In this document: positions 43,477 to 57,000 of the stretch, one piece after another
How the letters are laid out: each line of letters begins with the position of its first letter
Numbering within the stretch: the stretch's first letter is position 1
Assembly (NCBI GenBank): GCA_003223555.1
Contig: QHVM01000086.1
Coordinates: 4,596-68,595, forward strand
DNA: 64,000 nucleotides
From: Acidobacteriota bacterium
GTDB lineage: Bacteria; Acidobacteriota; Vicinamibacteria; Fen-336
Reading direction: 5' to 3'
Program-made: the position numbers and the translations under genes
Notes under the pieces: model-generated
What the model was told of the DNA's origin: nothing
Databases searched by the model: none
The model's input: the letters and a program-made list of their open reading frames with translations, nothing else

Positions 43477-44226
43477 CTACTTCGCGTCGTTGACCGCCGG
43501 AATCGTGGACATGATCGCGAAGGCCAGCTCCGCCCGGCCTCGCGCGGCCACGGCCAGCCGGTAAGACGGCCGCGGCTGATGGAGGGCGAATTGCCAGGCC
43601 GCCGGATCGTCCTGAACGCTCGCCGCGAAGGAGATCGCCGGCCGCCCCCCCGGGGGGAAGTCGAAAGAGAACCCGTCGAGCGGGATCTCCAGGCCGAGCC
43701 CGCGGGCCTTGATGTAGGACTCCTTGAGCGTCCAATAGTCGAAGAAGGCGTCCGTGCGCGCGGCGGAGGACAGCTTCGCGAGCGCTTCGATCTCGGACGG
43801 AGAGAAGTAACGCTTCCACACGTCGTCGGTCGCGCGCCGGCCGTCGACCCGCTCGACGTCGACGCCGACGTCGCGCTGCGTCGTCACCGCGCACGCCACC
43901 AGGCCCCTCGTGTGGGACAGGTTGAAGCGCAACGAGGTGGCGGCCGCCGGGAACGCGATCTCCGGACGACCGTGAGCTGCGGTGCGGAAGCGCCACTGCC
44001 CGGGCGGGACCGCCGCATACCGCGAGAGCGTCGTGCGGAGGAGGGCGTGGGCCACCAGGAAGCAATGGCGGTCCTCCGCGAACTTGAACTGCGCGTGGCG
44101 GGCGCGCTCCGTCTCGCCGAGCAGCGCCAGGTACGCCGCCTCGCGAGCCGCCCCGCTCGCCTCGTCGGTGAACGTGTACCAGACGTGCACGTCATCGGGT
44201 CCGAGCGGCCGCGGAGCGTCGCTCAT
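43477..44226 (-). CDS. 4'-phosphopantetheinyl transferase, Sfp type
   Basis: Motifs GRPEI, FNLSHTRG, GVDVE and the C-terminal WTLKESYIKARG are the canonical Sfp-group PPTase signature. Confidence 0.85.
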   Translation of the reverse strand: MSDAPRPLGPDDVHVWYTFTDEASGAAREAAYLALLGETERARHAQFKFAEDRHCFLVAHALLRTTLSRYAAVPPGQWRFRTAAHGRPEIAFPAAATSLRFNLSHTRGLVACAVTTQRDVGVDVERVDGRRATDDVWKRYFSPSEIEALAKLSSAARTDAFFDYWTLKESYIKARGLGLEIPLDGFSFDFPPGGRPAISFAASVQDDPAAWQFALHQPRPSYRLAVAARGRAELAFAIMSTIPAVNDAK

Positions 44227-44241
44227 GCCCGATGCGAGTGA

Positions 44242-44589
44242 TCAGGCGCCGGGCTTGAACGCCTCGAGCGCCAGCTCCGGGGAGTCGTAGACCTCGAACG
44301 CCTTGTCGAGGCGGAGCAGCCGGAAGATCTCCCGGGGCTGGCCGTTCAGGCTGGCCAGCTTCACGTCGCCCTGCACGAGGCGCACCCGCTTGAACAGGGA
44401 GACGATGGCCCCGATGCCGGAGCTGTCGATGTACTTGACGCCGGCGAGGTCGAGGACCACGCGGGTCCGGCCGAGCGCGACGAGCTGCTCGTTCTTCGCG
44501 GCCATCTGCTTCTCGACCTCGATGGTCAGCGGGCCCTGGAGGGCCAGGTGCGTCACGTCGCCGTGCTCTTGCTCGACGAAGTTGATCAT
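44242..44589 (-). CDS. STAS-domain protein (anti-sigma-factor antagonist, SpoIIAA-like)
   Basis: 115 aa. VVLDLAGVKYIDSSGIGAIVSLFKRV with the conserved DSSG phosphorylatable-serine context. Confidence 0.8.
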   Translation of the reverse strand: MINFVEQEHGDVTHLALQGPLTIEVEKQMAAKNEQLVALGRTRVVLDLAGVKYIDSSGIGAIVSLFKRVRLVQGDVKLASLNGQPREIFRLLRLDKAFEVYDSPELALEAFKPGA

Positions 44590-44602
44590 CGGAAGGCTCC
44601 CG

Positions 44603-45067
44603 TCAATGGTAGACCATCAGGAACAGCGAGCCGAAGGGGAGGGCCAGGGCGACGAGGCCCCAGCCGAGCCACCGGCGGGCGAGGGCGAAGTACTCGGGGG
44701 GGACCGCCTGGTCCGGGCCGATGCCCTCGGCCAGGGCGAGCTGGCGGAGCTGGACCGGGCGCAGCACCCGGCTCCAGACCAGGCCCGACAGGATGAACAA
44801 CACCTGCGCGGCGGCGTAGGTGGGCGTGGTCCAGACCGCGATGCCGAGGAGGCGGGCGCTCGCGTAGCCGGAGACGACGAGCACCGCGACGCTCGGTATC
44901 AGGAGGTACCGGTCGGTGAGCATCACCTGGCGCTGCGCCCACGCGATCACGCGCGGTTCCCGGGAACGGTCGGCGAACCACTTCCAGACCGCGGTCACCA
45001 GTATGTCGCCGAGGAACACCACCACCGCGGTGAGGTGCAGGAACCGGAGGGCGATCCCCGCCGTCAT
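44603..45067 (-). CDS. DUF2269-like small integral membrane protein
   Basis: 154 aa, 4 TM (LRFLHLTAVVVFLGDILVTAVW ...). Its ATG overlaps the NRPS TGA (ATGA). The family assignment is from memory only. Confidence 0.55.
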   Translation of the reverse strand: MTAGIALRFLHLTAVVVFLGDILVTAVWKWFADRSREPRVIAWAQRQVMLTDRYLLIPSVAVLVVSGYASARLLGIAVWTTPTYAAAQVLFILSGLVWSRVLRPVQLRQLALAEGIGPDQAVPPEYFALARRWLGWGLVALALPFGSLFLMVYH

Positions 45068-48000
45068 GGCGTGAGTCGCGCGCGGAGGTGGCGCGCCAGG
45101 ACCTCGACGTGGGGCTCGCGGACCAGGGTCAGGTGGGTGCCCGGGACGCGGCAGGCCGCGACCGGGCTCGAGGTGAAGCGGTTCCAGCCCAGCGTCTCGT
45201 CGGCGATCAGCGCTCCCACTTCCGGGTGGTTGGGGTCGTTCTTCTCCTCGGCGCGGAAGACGGCCAGCGGCACGTGATGGCCGCGGCGCGGCTGGTAGCG
45301 GGTGGCGTCCTGGGCCCGCGCGACGTTGAGGATGCCCATCACGTGGCTCGGGCCGGCGCCCGGCGGCAGGATGCCCGCCGCGGTCAGGCGCATCACGAAC
45401 GTCTCGAAGCGAGCCGCCTCGTCCATCCCCCGCAGGGCATCCAGCCCGAGGCCGACCTCGACGTTGAAGAAGCCCTCCATGACCCCCGCGATCTGGACCA
45501 GCCACTGCGAGACGTCCCAGCCCTGGCCCATGGGCCGGGTGGCCTCCGGGAAGGGGGCCACCGTGTCCAGGAGCGCGACCAGGCCGATCTCGTGTCCCTG
45601 CTCCTTGAGCTGCTGCGCGATCTCGTAGGCGACGTGGCCGCCGACCGAGTGGCCGCCGACGAAGTAGGGCCCCTCCGGCTGCACCGAGCGGATGGCGCCC
45701 GCGTACCACGCGGCGGTCTCTTCGACCGTCTGGTGCGGCGGAGCCTCGCCGTCGAGGCCGCGGGGCTGGAGGCCGAACACCGCGGTCCCCTCCAGGCGTC
45801 TGGCGAGCGCGGTCAGGTAGAACGGGGTCGAGCCGCCGCCCGGGACCAGGAAGAGCGCCCTCGCGCCGCCGCGGCCTGCGCCGACGGCCATCAGCTCCCG
45901 GGCGGCCGCCGTGAGCGGGACCAGCGGTGACGATGGCGCGGACGCGCCGGTGCGAAGGACGGCGCCGAGCTGGGCCGGAGTGGGGTTCTGGAAGAGAGCG
46001 AGGAGCGGGAGCGGGCGCTCGAGCCGCTTCTCCACCGAGAGCTTCAGCTTGAGCGCGAGCAGGGAGTGGCCGCCGAGGTCGAAGAAGCTGTCGTGGATGC
46101 CGACGTCGGAGGTTCCGAGGACCTCCTCGAAGAGGCGCACCAGCTCCAGCTCGATCGTGTCCCGGGGGGCGCCGCCTTGCCGCGGCGCGCGCTCTTCGGC
46201 GACCTCCAGCGCGGCGAGCCCGCGGCAGTCCACCTTCCCGTTCGGCGCGTGGAGGAGGCCCGGGAGCACCACGAAGCGGCCGGGGACCATGTGCGCGGCC
46301 AGCTCTCGCCCGACGAAGCCCTTCAGCTCCGCTGTCGCGGGCGGCTTCTCCCGGTCCCTCGGCACGACGAACGCCACGAGGCGGGCGTCGCCGCCGGAAC
46401 CGCGCACGAGCGCCGCCACCTCACGCACGGCCGGATGGCGAGCGACCGCGGCTTCGACCTCGCCCAGCTCGATCCGGTAGCCGCGCAGCTTGACTTGCCG
46501 GTCGGCCCGTCCGCCGAACAGCAGCGTACCGTCGGCGAGGCGGCGCACCACGTCGCCGGTCTTGTACATCCGGAGCCGCGGGCCGCCCGGGAAGGCGTGC
46601 TCGATGAAGCGCGACGCCGTCAGCTCCGGCCGGTTCAAGTAGCCGCGGGCCAGACCCGGCCCGGCGAGGTACAGCTCGCCGGGCGCGCCATCGGCGACGG
46701 GGCGGAGCCTGGCGTCCAGGACCAGGGCTTCCATCCGCCGGATCGGAAGGCCGATCGGCTCGGTCGCGCCGTGGGCGCCGGCCGTCTCGGGCCGGCACCG
46801 GTGGGCGGCGGCGTCGATGGTCGCCTCGGTCGGCCCGTAGAGGTTCCAGACCTCGGCCTTCGAGACGCCGAAGAGCTTCCGCACCGTGGCCGAAGGGAGC
46901 GGCTCGCCGCCCGCGCACACGCGGCGCAGCGTGGCCACGCGTCCGAGCTCGGGCTCCTCCACCAGCGCGGTCAAGAGCGACGGGACCATCTGGACCACGG
47001 TGACGCCGTGGTCGGCCATGACCCGGGCCAGCCGCTCGGTGTCGGCGCCGAGATCGGGCGGCGCGAGCACGAGGCGCGCCCCGGCCATCAAGGGGGCGAA
47101 CAGCTCCCAGACCGAAGCGTCGAAGCTCAGCGAGGTGCGCTGGAGGACCCGGTCGTCCGGGCCGAGCGGCATGGCCGCGCTCATCCAGTCCATGTGGTTG
47201 GCAAGGGCGGCGTGCTCGATGAGGACGCCCTTCGGCTGGCCGGTCGAGCCCGAGGTGTAGAGGCAATAGGCCAGCGGGCCGGGCCGCGCCTCGAACGGCC
47301 GATCGTCGATCGGGTCCTCGCCCTCGCCCTCGCCGAGGATGAGCGCCTCCACATCCGGGAACTGCTCGGCCAGGCGCGTCCGGGTCAGGACGACCCGCGC
47401 GCCGCTGTCCTTCAGCATGAAGGCCAGCCGCTCGCGCGGGTAGGCGGGGTCGAGCGGCACGTAGGCGGCGCCGGCCTTCAGGATCCCCAGCAGCCCCGCC
47501 ATCATGTCGAGCGAGCGCTCCACCGCGATGGCGACCAGCGTCTCCGGAGCGACCCCGCGGGTGGCCAGGGCCGCCGCGACCGCGCCGGCGCGAGCCTCCA
47601 GCTCCGCATAGGTCAGCGTGCTGCCATCGGCGGCCTCGACGGCAATCGCGCCGGGGGTCTTGCGCGCCTGCTCCGCGATCGCCTCGTGCACTGCGGGCAG
47701 GGGTGGCGCCTCCGCGGGAGCGCGGGGGACGAGCCTCGCCCGCTCCTCGGCGCTCAGCAGCTCGACGTCGGAGATCTTCGCCTTCGGGTCGGACACCAGC
47801 CGGTCGACGAACCGGGCGAGCTGCCTCGCCATCGCCTGGACGCGCGGCGCGTCGAACAGGTCGAGGTCGTACTCGATCCCGCCGGCGATGCCGCCGTCGG
47901 TCTCCGCGAGCGAGAGGGTCAGGTCGAACTTGGACGTGCCGCTCTGCGCAGACAGGGGCTCGACCTCGAGCCCGGGCAGCTCCATCCCGCCCCGGTGCGT

Positions 48001-51000
48001 CTGCTGGAGCGCGAACATGACCTGGAAGATCGGGCTCGTCCCGAGGACGCGCTCCGGATGCAGCTCTTCGACCAGCTTCTCGAACGGCACGTCCTGGTTC
48101 TCGTGGGCGCCCAGCGCCTGCCCCCGCACGCGTTGCAGCAGCTCGAGGAACGAGGGATCGCCGCCGAGGTCGACGCGCAGCGGCAGCGTGTTCACGAAGA
48201 ACCCGATCAGGGGCTCGGTCTCGGCGATCCGGCGCCCCGCGAAAGGCGAGCCGATGACGAGGTCGTCCTGGCCGCTGATGCGGCCGAGCCAGGCGCCGAA
48301 CGCCGCCAGCAGCGCCATGTAGAGGGTGGTCCCGGACTCGCGGCCGAGCGCGTGCAGCGCGCGCGTCGCCTCCCCGCCCAGGTCCACGCGCTGGGTCCCG
48401 CCCCGATGGGTGCGCGCGACCGGGCGGGGCCGGTCGGTGGGCAGGTCCAGCACGGCCGGCGCGCCGGCCAGCGCGCTCTTCCAGTACGCGAGCTGCCGGT
48501 CGCGGACGTGGCCGTCGAGCCAGCCCCGCTGCCACGCGGCATAGTCGGTGTACTGGATCGGCGGCGGGGGAAGCCGCAGCTCCTCGCCCCGGACCTCGGC
48601 CGCGTAGAGCGCGGACAGCTCGCGCATCAGGATCCCGATCGACCAGCCGTCGGACACGATGTGGTGCATCACGATGAGGAGCACCCGCTCCGCGTCCGCG
48701 ACCTGGAACAGGTGGGCTCGCACGACCGGGCCGGTGGCCAGCGAGAACGGCCGCGCCGACTCCTCCATCAGGCGCCGCTCGAGCGGCGGCGCGCCCGTCC
48801 GGCCCAGGTCCTCGGTCGCCAGGGGGAGGCCGGCGGGGAGGAGGCGGGCCACGGGCTCTCCGTCGGCGATCGGGAAGGAGGTGCGCAACACCTGATGCCG
48901 ATCGGCCAGGGCGGCGAGGCTCCGTGAGAGCGCGCCCTCGTCGAGCCGGCCGCGTAGCGAGAGCGCCACCGGTATGTTGTAGGCCGCGCTGTCGCCCTCC
49001 AGCTCGGCCAGGAACCGCAGGCGCTCCTGCGCGAACGAGAGCGGGCGATCAGCGGGCGGACCGCCGGTGGCGTCGGCGAGGCGGACGACCGGCGGCAGCT
49101 CGGGTCCGCCCTCGCGGGCCGCGATCACCGAGGCCAGCGCCTCGAGGGTGGGATGATCGAAGATCGCCGACAGCGGCACGTCGACGCCGAAGGCCTTCCG
49201 GACGCGGCTCATCACCTGCGCGGCGAGGAGCGAGTGCCCGCCGAGCTGGAAGAAGTCGTCGTGGGCGCCGATCGGCTGGCGCTCGAGCAGGCCGCCCCAG
49301 ATCCCGGCCAGGACCTGCTCGGCCGGCGTGCGCGGCGCGACGAAGGCCGCGCCATCCTCGGTCCCTTCCCGCCGCGGCGCGGGGAGGCGCCGCTTGTCCA
49401 CCTTGCCGTTCGGCGTCAGCGGGAACGCCTCCAGCAGCACGATGTCGGCCGGCACCATGAAGTCCGGGAGCCGCTTCCGCGCGTGCTCGCGCAGGGCGGC
49501 TGCCTCCACGGCGCGCTTCGGGACCACGTACGCGACGACGATCTGCGCGGTCCCCGATCCCCGCACGACGACCAGGGCCCGGGCGACGTCGGGATGGGAG
49601 GCGATCGCCGCCTCGATCTCTCCCAGCTCGATCCGGAAGCCGCGGAGCTTGACCTGGTCGTCGATGCGCCCGAGGTACTCGAGCCGGCCGTCCCTCCTCC
49701 ACCGGACGAGGTCGCCGCTCCGATACAGGCGCGCCGACGGGCGGAACGGGTGAGGGATGAACTTCTCCCTCGTCAGCTCCTCGCGGTTCAAGTAGCCGCG
49801 CGCGAGGCCGACCCCTCCGATGTGCAGCTCGCCCGGCACGCCGATCGGCTGGAGCCGGCCGCGGCGGTCGAGCACGTGGCCCTCGAGGTTGAGGGCCGGA
49901 CGGCCGATCGGCGGCGGGCCGGGCTCGGCCGGGTCGCAGCGGCCGAGCGTGGTGCAGATGGTCGACTCCGTCGGGCCGTAGCCGTTGTAGAAACGGACGC
50001 CCCGGCTCGCCCACCGCGTCACGACCTCCGGGGAGCAGGCCTCCCCGGCCGAGATCACCTGGCGGAGCGACGGATACTCGCGGTCCTCGGGCAGCGCCAG
50101 GAGCGACGTGGGCGGCAACGTCGTGTGCGTGACGCGGCTCTCGACGAGGACCCTCGCCAGCTCGTCGCCGGCGAGGAGGGTGTCCGCGGGCACGAGCACC
50201 AGCCGCCCGCCGCTGGCCAGCGCCATGACGATCTCCCAGACCGACGCGTCGAACGAGATCGAGGCGAACTGGAGGACGACGCAGCTCGAGTCGACGCCGA
50301 GCTCGTGCCGCTGGATCTCCGGCACGTTCGCGAGCCCGCGGTGCTCGAGGACGACGCCCTTCGGCCGGCCGGTCGAGCCCGAGGTGTAGATCACGTAGGC
50401 GGCGTCCTCCAGGCGGACCCCCGCCCTCGGGTCGTCGCTGCGGTCAGCGCCGGTCTCGTCGTCGAGCCGCAGCGTGCGGACGTGCGGCGCGCACCACCGG
50501 GCCGCGGCGGCGTGGGTGCTGACGAGCAGCCCGGCCTGGCAGTCCTCCAGGACGTCGTCGAGCCTGGCCTTCGGGTACGACGGATCGAGCGGCACGTACG
50601 CCGCGCCCGACTTCCAGACCGCGAGCAGCGCCGCGATCAGGTCGAAGGACCGCGGCACGCACAGCGCCACGAGCTTCTCGCGCCCCGCGCCGAGGTCGAT
50701 CAAGCGATGGGCGAGACGGTTGGCCCGCTGGTTCAGCTCGCCGTAGGTGAGCGTGCGGCCCGCGCACTCCAGCGCCACCTGGCGCGGCGTCCGCCTCGCG
50801 TTCTCCTCGAACAGCTCGTGGAGCGGCAGCGCGTGGGCGGGGGAGAGCACGCGGCCCCGGCCGAACGCGGCCACCTGCGCGCTCTCCGCCTCCGGAAGCA
50901 GCGCCAGCTCGGAGATCCTCTTCTTCGGGTTCGCCACCGCGTCCTCGAGCAGCCCGCGGAGGTGCTCGGCCATGCGCGCGATGCGGTCCGGATCGAAGAG

Positions 51001-54000
51001 GTCGGTGCTGTACTCGAGCGCCCCGCGGAGGCCGTCGCTCCCGGGTTCCAGGACCAGCGAGAGGTCCGACTTCGAGATGCCGATCTCGAGGTCCAGCGGC
51101 GCGACGGCCAGGCCGGGAAGGCCCAGGTCGGCCGCGGGCGTGTTCTGGAGCACGAGCATCGCCTGGAACAGCGGTGCATGGCTCATGTCCCGCTCGGGCG
51201 CGACCGCTTCCACGATCTTCTCGAGGGGGACGTCCTGGTGCGCGTACGCGTCGAGCGCGGCCCCGCGCACGCGCGCGAGCAGCTCCTCGAAGGTCGGGTC
51301 CGAGGACAGGTCCACCCGGATCGGCAGCGTGCCCACGAAGAAGCCGATGAGGGACTCCAGCTCCGCGCGATCGCGGTTGGCGACCGGCGTCCCGACCACG
51401 ATGTCGTCCTGCCCGGTGATCCGGGAAAGGTATGCCGCGAAGCCGGCCAGCAGCGCCATGAAGCTGGTGCCGCCGAGGCGGCGGCCCAGCGCTTCGAGCG
51501 CCTCGCTCAGCTTCCGGCCGAGGGCGATGCGCTGGGTGGCGCCGCGGAGGCTCGGCTTCGGCGGCCGCGGGCGGTCCAGGGGCAGGCTCAGCGCCGCCGG
51601 CGCGCCGCCCAGCGCCTTCCGCCAGTGACCCAGGCGCTCCTCGAGGACCGGCCCCTGGAGGTGACGCCGCTGCCGGTACGCGTAATCGAGATAGCCGATC
51701 GCCAGCTCGGGCAGCGCGACCGGCGCCCCGGACACGCGCCCCGAATAGAGCTGGGACAGCTCGCGCACGAGGACGCTGATCGACCAGCCGTCGCCGACGG
51801 CGTGGTGCATGGTGGAGACGACGACGTGCTCGTCGGGCCCAAGCCGGAACAGGCGCGCGCGGAACAGGGGGCCGCGCGCCAGGTCGAAGGGCCGGGCCGC
51901 CTCTTCCGCGATCGTCCGGCGCAGGTCCTCGGCCGGGGTCGGGCCCAGCTCGACCAGTTCGAAGGGCGAGGCGCCTTCCTCCCGCGGCTCCTGCCAGACG
52001 CCGCCGTCGCGCTCCACGAAGCGCATCCGGAGGACCGGGTGCCGCTCCACGATCTGGGCCAGGCTCTGCTCCAGCGCCTCCACGTCGAGCCGGCCGCTCA
52101 GCCGGAGGGCGATCGGCAGGTTGTACGCGGCGGTGCCCCCGTGGAGCTGGTCGAGGAACCAGAGCCGCTCCTGCGAGAACGACAGCGGGATCCGCGCCCC
52201 TTCCGGCGCCGGGTCGATCCGCGCCAGCGCGAGCGTCGTTCCTCCCCGGCGCGCGTCGATGGCGCGGCCGAGGGACGCGACGGTCGGGTTCTCGAACAGC
52301 TCCGAGACGCGGAGGTCCGCGTCCAGCTCGTCCCGGATGCGGGCGACGGCCTGCATGGCGAGGAGCGAGTGACCGCCCAGCGAGAAGAAGTCTTCGTCGG
52401 CGCCGACCTGTCCGCGCCCGAGCACCTGCTCGAAGGCCCGGGCCACGATCTCCTCCGTGGCCGTCCGGGGCTCCGGCGCGAGCCGGGCGCGCGTTTCCGG
52501 AACCGGCGCGGGAAGCGTCCGGCGGTCGACCTTGCCGCTGGGCGTCCGCGGAAGCGCCGCGAGCTTCACGAAGAGCGCGGGCACCATGTACTCGGGCAGG
52601 TCTCGGGCGAGGAACGCGGGCAGCGCGTCGACGGGCGCCGTCTCCGGCACGACGTAGGCGACGAGCCGCTTGTCCCGGGCCGGGCCCTCGTCGGCGATCA
52701 CCGCCGCGTCCCGCACGTCCGGGTGGGCACAGAGCGCGCGCTCGATCTCGCCGGGCTCGACGCGGAAGCCGCGGATCTTGATCTGGTCGTCCGCGCGCCC
52801 GAGGAACTCGATCGTCCCGTCGGGGGACAGCCGCCCGAGGTCGCCGGTGCGGTATGCCCGCGTGGGGGTGCGGCCGCATACGTCCAGCTCGACGAACCGC
52901 TCCGCGGTCAGCTCCGGCCGGAAGAGGTAGCCGTCGGCGAGGCAGGTCCCCGTGAGGTACAGCTCTCCCGGCACGCCGACCGGCACCGGCCGGCGCCGCG
53001 CGTCGAGCAGGTGGACGCCGGAGTTGGCGATCGGGCGGCCGATGGACGGGATCCCCGGCCAGAGATCGGGGTCGCCGTCCAGCGCGTGCGCGGTCACCAC
53101 GTGCGATTCGGTCGGGCCGTAGTGGTTGTGGAGCCGCTTCCGGCCCGCGCGGAACCAGCGGCGGATCGGGTCGGTGACGCGCAGCTGGTCGCCCGCGGTG
53201 ATCACCTCCTCGAGGCTCGGGACCAGGCGGCCGGTCCGCAAGGCCGCCTGGGCCAGGTGGTGGAGCGCCACGGCGGGGAGGAAGAGGCGCTGGATCCCCG
53301 ACCGGTCGAGGAGCTGGACGAGCGCGTCGGGGTCGCGGCGGGTGGCCTCGTCGACGAGGACCAGCGTGCCCCCGGAGCACCAGGTGGAGAAGGTCTCCTG
53401 GAACGAGACGTCGAAGCTGAGCGGCGCGAACTGGAGCGTCCGCGCGGCCTTCGCGTGCTCCGTCTGCCACTCGATGAGGTTGACCAGCGCCCGGTGGGGC
53501 ATGGCGACGCCCTTCGGCTTGCCGGTCGAGCCCGAGGTGTAGAGGACGTAGGCGAGGTGATGCGCTTGCAGCTTCGGCGGGGCGCGCCTCGCCGCCGCGC
53601 GCGCTTCGGCTTCGTCGGCCAGGATGACCTCCACGCCCGCGGCGGGGAGGAGGTCCCGGTACCTCTTCTCGGTGACGAGGACGCTCGCCTGCGCGCTCTC
53701 CAGCATGTAGCGGAGGCGCTCGGGCGGGTACGAGGGGTCGAGCGGGACGTAGGCGCCGCCGGCCTTGAGCGTGGCCAGCATGGACGTCAGCGCGGCGATC
53801 GATCGGTCGAGGCAGAACGCGACGCGCGCGCCGGGGCCGACGCCGAGCGCGGCCAGCCGATCGGCGAGGGCCTCCGCCTCCTGGTCGAGCTGGCGGTAGG
53901 TCCGGGTCTCGCGGCCGTGCTCGAGCGCCACGCGGTCGGGCGTCTGGCTCGCCTGGCTGGCGAAGAGCTGGGGCAGCGTCCGCCCCGGGTCGTATGCACG

Positions 54001-57000
54001 CTCCGTCCGGTTGAGGTCGGCGATGAGGCGCTGCTCGTCCGCGGACAGGAGCGGGATCTCGGAGAGGCGCAGCTCGGGCCGGGCGATGACGGCTTCCAGC
54101 AGCCTCCCGAGGTGGGCGGCCATGCGCTCGATCCGGTCGTCGTCGAACAGGTCCGTGCTGTATTCGAGGACGCAGGCGAGCGCGCCCTCCCGCGGCTCCA
54201 CGAACAGGGTGAGGTCGAACTTGGAGGTGGGGCTCTCGAAGGCGGGAAGGTCGACGCTGAGGCCGGGCAGCCGGATGTCGCCTCCGCCCTGGCCCTGGAT
54301 CACGAACATCACCTGGAAGAGCGGGTTGTGCCCGAGGGCGCGGGGGACGCCGAGCCCGGCGACCAGCTTCTCGAAGGGGACGTCCTGGTGCGCATAGGCC
54401 TCGAGCGCGGTCTTCCGGACGCGGGCCACGACCTCGGCGAAGGTGGGATCGCCCGCCAGGTCGACGCGGAACGCCAGCGTGTTGAGGAAGTAGCCGACCA
54501 CGCCCTCGGTCTCGCGGCGGTCGCGATTGGCGGCCGGCGACCCGACCACCACGTCTTCCTGGCCGCTGATCCGGCCGAGGTACGCCGCGAAGGCGCCCAG
54601 CAGCGTCATGAAGAGCGAGGCGCCCGACCGCGTGGCCAGCTCCTCGAGCCGCTGGCCGGCCGGGGCCGGGAGCACGAAGGACCTCGTCTTCCCCCGGAAG
54701 CTCGGCCGCTCGGGGCGAGGGCGGTCGCCGGGGAGGGTGACCGTGCCGGGAGCGCCCTTCAGCGCTCCCCGCCAGTACGCGAGGCTCTGCTCGAGGCGGC
54801 CGCTCTCCAGCCGCCGCCGCTGCCAGCAGGCCCAGTCGGCGTAGCGGATCGGCGGGTCCGGCAGCGCCGGCTCCGCGCCGCTCGCGAAGGCGGCGTACGC
54901 GACGCAAAGCTCGCGCAGCAGTACGCCGATCGACCACGCGTCGACGATGATGTGGTGCTGGTTGATGACGAGGACGTGCTCGTCCGGACGCAGGCGGAGC
55001 AGGCGCGCCCGGAAGAGGGGCCCGGTCGCGAGCGAGAAGGGGGCGGCGATCTCCTCGGCGATGCGCCGGTCGAGGAAGGCCGGCTCGACGTCCTCGATCG
55101 CCAGCACCGAGGGCGCGGAGGGCGGCGGTCCTATCCTCTGGACCGGGGTCCCCCCGGAGCTGTCGTGGAACGTCGTGCGCAGCGCCTCGTGACGCTCGAC
55201 CAGGAGCGCGATGGCCCGGGCGAGCGCGCCCGCGTCGAGCGCGCCGCCGAGCCTGAGCACGAGCGGCACGTTGTAGGCCGCGTTCCCGCCGCCCAGCGCA
55301 TCGATGAACCACAGGCTTTCCTGGCCGGGGGCGAGCGGCAGGTCGCCGGACAGGTCGGCGCGCGGGATCGGCTCGGCGGACGCGCCCGGCGTGGAGACCG
55401 CCTCGGCCAGCCGCGCGATCGTCTTGCGCTCGAAGATCACCCGGACCGGCAGCTCGACGCCGAAGGCCTCGCGGATCCGGGAGACGACCTGGGTCGCGCG
55501 CAGCGAGTGTCCCCCCAGCTCGAAGAAGTCGGCGGTCACCCCGGGCGGCGTCCGGCCGAGCACCTCGGTCCAGATGCCGGTGAGGACCTCTTCCTCCGGC
55601 GTGCGCGGCGGGACGTGGACTCTCCCCTCCGACTCGGTGGCCCGGGCGGCCAGCGCGGCGTAGTCGACCTTCCCGTTCGGCGTGAGCGGGAGGTCGTCGA
55701 CGACGAGGATCCGGCTCGGGACCATCGCCGCGGGCAGCTTCGCCGCGAGGTAGCTCGCGAGCACGTCGGACGTCGACGGCTGGCCGCCCGGCCGGGCCGC
55801 GGCGAAGGCCAGGAGCTGGAGGTCCACGCCCGAACCCTGGGTGACGACGGCCGCTGCTTCGATGCCGGGGTGCTCGGCGAGGGCGGCCTCGATCTCGGCC
55901 GGCTCCACGCGCACGCCGCGGACCTTGATCTGCCGGTCCCGCCGCCCGTGGAACGCGATCGTGCCGTCGGGGTTGAAGCTGCCGAGGTCACCGCTGGCGT
56001 ACATCCGCGCGCCAAGCGGTCCCGGGGCCGGATCGTCCCAGAACGGGTCGGGGAGGAAGCGCTCCTCGGTCAGGTCGGGACGATTCAGGTAGCCACGGGC
56101 GACGCCCGCGCCGCCGATGAACATCTCGCCCACCACCCCCGGGGGAACCGCGCGCCGCGCTTCGTCGAGGATGTAGACGGCGGTGTTGCCGATGGGCCGG
56201 CCGATCGACGGGAGGCCCTCTCCTCCCTCGGGCACCACGCCGGTCGTCGCGCACACGGTGGTCTCGGTCGGGCCGTACGCGTTCGACAGCGCGAAAGGGA
56301 GGCCGGGGGGCGCGAAGATGTGGAGGCGATCCCCCGCCACGTGCATCACGCGGAGCGATCCGCCCTCGGGCCACGGCCGCGCCAGCGCGGCCTCGGCCAG
56401 CGGGGTGGGGAGGAAGCACAGCGTGATGCCGCTGGCGGCGATCCAGTCGGCCAGCGCCGCGGGCTGGGGCACCAGCTCGGCCGGCACCACGTAGAGGGCG
56501 GCCCCGGCCGCGAGGGGCGGCCAGATCTCCCAGACGGTCGCGTCGAAGGCCACGCTCGCGAGCTGCGTGCATCGATCGGCGGGGCCCAGCTCGAAGTGGT
56601 CGTTGTGCCAGAGGACCGTGTTGTGCAGGTTCCGCTGCGACACCAGCACGCCCTTCGGCACGCCCGTGGAGCCCGAAGTGTAGATCACGTACGCGAGGTC
56701 GTCCGGCCGGGTGGCGGCCGGCGCCTCCGCCGGGCCGCCCTCGTCGAGGCGGCCGAGGACGTCCAGGCGCGGGATGGTCCGGTCGACGATCGGGTCGACG
56801 GCGCCCCGGGTGAGGATCACCCGCGGCGCGGCGTCGCCGGCGATGAACGCCAGGCGGTCGCTCGGGTACCCGGGATCGAGCGGCAGGTACGCGCCGCCCG
56901 CCTTCCAGACCGCGAGCTGGCCGACCACCAGCTCCAGGGAGCGCTCGATGCAGACCCCGACGATCGTCTCCGGCCCCACCCCCATCGCGCGGAGCCGCCG

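Noticed and set aside
43058-44065. 335-aa minus-strand ORF covering the Mth938-like gene and part of the PPTase gene
   Set aside because: Only the C-terminal 117 codons carry the Mth938-like pattern. The upstream part overlaps the PPTase gene out of frame and is Arg/Pro-rich.
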